64,000 bases of DNA, taken from positions 73,960-137,959 of the forward strand of contig JBAXKC010000003.1 of NCBI GenBank assembly GCA_037137535.1, read 5' to 3'. The notes beneath the pieces were generated by a model. That model saw only the letters and a list, made by a program, of their open reading frames with translations. It searched no databases and was not told the origin of the DNA. Origin of the DNA: a bacterium. GTDB lineage: Bacteria; Cyanobacteriota; Vampirovibrionia; Gastranaerophilales; JBAXKC01. This document shows, piece after piece, positions 61,747 through 64,000 of this stretch (its first letter is position 1; the number at the start of each line of letters is the position of its first letter). The position numbers and the translations under genes were made by a program.

Positions 61747-63879
61747 ATGAATGAAATCCACAGTTTCTCTATTCAAATAGGAGATAGAGAAGTAACAGTT
61801 GAAACAGGCCGTGTTGCAAGAAGTGCAGGCGGTGCAGTTCTAATAAAAACAGGCGATACCGTAATAATGGTAAACGCTACTGCAAGTGAAGAACCAAGAC
61901 CGGGAATAGATTTTTTCCCGTTAACAGTTGATTTTGAAGAAAGAATGTATGCTGTAGGAAGAATTCCTGGCAGTTTTCATAGAAAAGAAGGTCGTCCTTC
62001 TGAAAAAGCAATATTAACAAGCAGATTAATTGATAGACCAATTAGACCATTATTCCCTAAGGGATATAGAAAAGACGTTCAAATTGTTACCAGCGTATTA
62101 AGTTCTGATGCTTCAGTTCAACCTGATACACTAGCTATTTTTGGTGCTTCATGTGCGCTTGAATTAGCGGGTATTCCTTTCCAAGGACCTATCGGTGCGG
62201 TAAGACTCGGGAAGATAGATGGTCAATTTATAGTTAACCCTACATATCAACAAAGCGAACAAAGTGACTTAGATATAGTTGTTGCAGGCGTTGAAGATTC
62301 AGTAATGATGATCGAAGCAGGCTGTGACTTTGTTGCTGAAGAAGAAATCCTTGCTGCTATTGAGTTTGCAATGGGCGAAATTAAAAAACAAGTTCAAGCA
62401 CAAAGAGAATTTATTCAAAAATTAGGAATAGTAAAACAAGATTTTGTTGATCCATTTGATACAACAGAACTTAACAATATTATTTCAGAAGTGGCTAAAA
62501 ATCTTGTAACTGAAGCATATCACGATTTTGACCGTGATGGCAGAAAACAAAAATTAAAAGCAGCTAAAGAGGCTGTTGTTCAAAAAATATCAGAACTTGA
62601 AGAAACTCATCCTGTAAAACTTCTATTGGCTTCATCACCTATTAACTTTGTAGGCGAAGGCTTTAAATCTCTTGAAAAAGAAGTAATGAGAAATATCGTT
62701 CTTAGCGAAAGCGTTAGGGCTGACGGAAGAAAACTTGATGAAGTAAGACCTATTACTTGTGAAGTCGGACTTCTTCCAAGAGCGCACGGTTCAGCTTTAT
62801 TCACAAGAGGAAGCACACAAGTTCTTTCTGTTGCAACATTAGGTTCACCTGGTGATGCTCAGTGTATTGACGGACTTGATCCTCAGACTGAAAAAAGATA
62901 TTTACACCACTATGCATTCCCTGGTTATTCAGTTGGTGAACCAAGACCAATTAGAGCAGCAGGCAGAAGAGAAGTTGGACATGGTGCACTTGCTGAAAGA
63001 GCAATTCTTCCAAGTTTACCGTCAAAAGATAAATTCCCTTATGTTATAAGAGTAAATTCTGATGTTCTTGAGTCAAATGGTTCTACAAGTATGGGAAGTA
63101 CTTGCGGAAGCTCATTAGCCCTTATGGATGCAGGTGTTCCTGTTTCTGCAATGGTTGGTGGGGTTGCTATGGGACTTATTCAGGAAGCTGACAGAGTTGC
63201 TGTTCTTACTGATATTCAAGGAATTGAAGATTTCCTCGGAGATATGGACTTTAAAGTAACAGGTAATACAGAAGCTATTACCGCTCTTCAAATGGATATT
63301 AAAATTAAAGGTATCTCTTTTGAAACTTTAAAAGCTGCTATCGAACAAGCAAGAAAAGGTCGTATTCATATCATTGATAAAATGATGGAAGCAATAACCG
63401 AGCCAAGAGAAGCTCTTTCAAATTATGCTCCTAGAATTGACACAATGAAAATTGATGTTGAATCAATCGGTGCTGTAATCGGACCTGGCGGAAAAACAAT
63501 CAGAGGTATTATTGAAGCTACCGGTGCTAAAATTGATATTGAGGACAACGGAACAGTTACAATTGCCAGTATTGAACAAGATGGCGGATTACGCGCTCGT
63601 AAAATGATTGAAGCTCTTACTTTTAAACTTACCGAAGGGTTAGTGGCAAAAGGTAAAGTAGTAAGAATTATTCCTATCGGTGCATTTGTTGAAGTAGTGC
63701 CCGGTAAAGACGGATTAGTTCATATTTCACAAATTTCTAAAGAAAGAGTTGCTAAAGTTGAAGATGTTCTTAACGTTGGCGATGAAGTATTCATAAAAGT
63801 TATGGCTGTTGATGAAAAAGGTAGAGTAAACCTTACCATCAAAGGTGTAACTGATGAAGAAAAAGCAACTTTAGGTTAA
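61747..63879 (+). CDS. pnp: Polyribonucleotide nucleotidyltransferase
   Basis: DFFPLTVD, RLIDRPIRPLF, HGSALFTRG, SNGSTSM, GDMDFKV, KH and S1 domains; ATG 61747 preferred. Confidence 0.99.
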   Translation: MNEIHSFSIQIGDREVTVETGRVARSAGGAVLIKTGDTVIMVNATASEEPRPGIDFFPLTVDFEERMYAVGRIPGSFHRKEGRPSEKAILTSRLIDRPIRPLFPKGYRKDVQIVTSVLSSDASVQPDTLAIFGASCALELAGIPFQGPIGAVRLGKIDGQFIVNPTYQQSEQSDLDIVVAGVEDSVMMIEAGCDFVAEEEILAAIEFAMGEIKKQVQAQREFIQKLGIVKQDFVDPFDTTELNNIISEVAKNLVTEAYHDFDRDGRKQKLKAAKEAVVQKISELEETHPVKLLLASSPINFVGEGFKSLEKEVMRNIVLSESVRADGRKLDEVRPITCEVGLLPRAHGSALFTRGSTQVLSVATLGSPGDAQCIDGLDPQTEKRYLHHYAFPGYSVGEPRPIRAAGRREVGHGALAERAILPSLPSKDKFPYVIRVNSDVLESNGSTSMGSTCGSSLALMDAGVPVSAMVGGVAMGLIQEADRVAVLTDIQGIEDFLGDMDFKVTGNTEAITALQMDIKIKGISFETLKAAIEQARKGRIHIIDKMMEAITEPREALSNYAPRIDTMKIDVESIGAVIGPGGKTIRGIIEATGAKIDIEDNGTVTIASIEQDGGLRARKMIEALTFKLTEGLVAKGKVVRIIPIGAFVEVVPGKDGLVHISQISKERVAKVEDVLNVGDEVFIKVMAVDEKGRVNLTIKGVTDEEKATLG

Positions 63880-63901
63880 TAATTTATTATACTTTTAAAT
63901 T

Positions 63902-63933
63902 CAAAAACGGTTATATTTCTATAACCGTTTTTG
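63902..63933 (+). terminator. Intrinsic terminator after pnp
   Basis: CAAAAACGGTTAT...ATAACCGTTTTTG. Confidence 0.85.
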
Positions 63934-64000
63934 TTTTATTCATATCAGGAGTTACGCAGCACAAGATAAAGCAGCATAATTATTGACTTTTTCAGAATGA

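Overview
AT-rich bacterial chromosome segment. It carries core genes (valS 3' part, recA-rny-ymdB-PHP, pilT/pilU, PMM/PGM, K+ channel, sppA, xerD, serS, cysK-cysE, purB, M16 peptidase, thrB, rimP-nusA-ylxR-infB-rbfA-truB, 7TM-HD/ybeY/dgkA, pheS-pheT, proS, murQ, pnp). Gene content (an OprB outer-membrane porin alongside Firmicute-like gene orders) and low GC suggest a non-photosynthetic Cyanobacteriota (Vampirovibrionia/Melainabacteria-like) genome; this is inference. I saw no rRNA, tRNA, CRISPR array, transposase or prophage. The main unexplained signal is a dispersed set of about 9 stand-alone genes lying between the core operons. They share a polar, non-Sec N-terminal leader that usually ends in hydrophobic-x-F-[K/G/T]-[G/A] and is fused to unrelated cargo: a 5'-nucleotidase, a LOG-like nucleosidase, two permuted papain-like enzymes and several orphans. 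This may be an undescribed export or targeting signal. Other observations: a candidate attenuator/riboswitch-like RNA at 27746-27887, an ATA start codon for RNase Y, a 25-bp terminator duplicated around the LOG-like gene, a chemoreceptor gene remnant and a 69-bp tandem repeat in infB. All calls come from motif recognition by eye; no searches were run.
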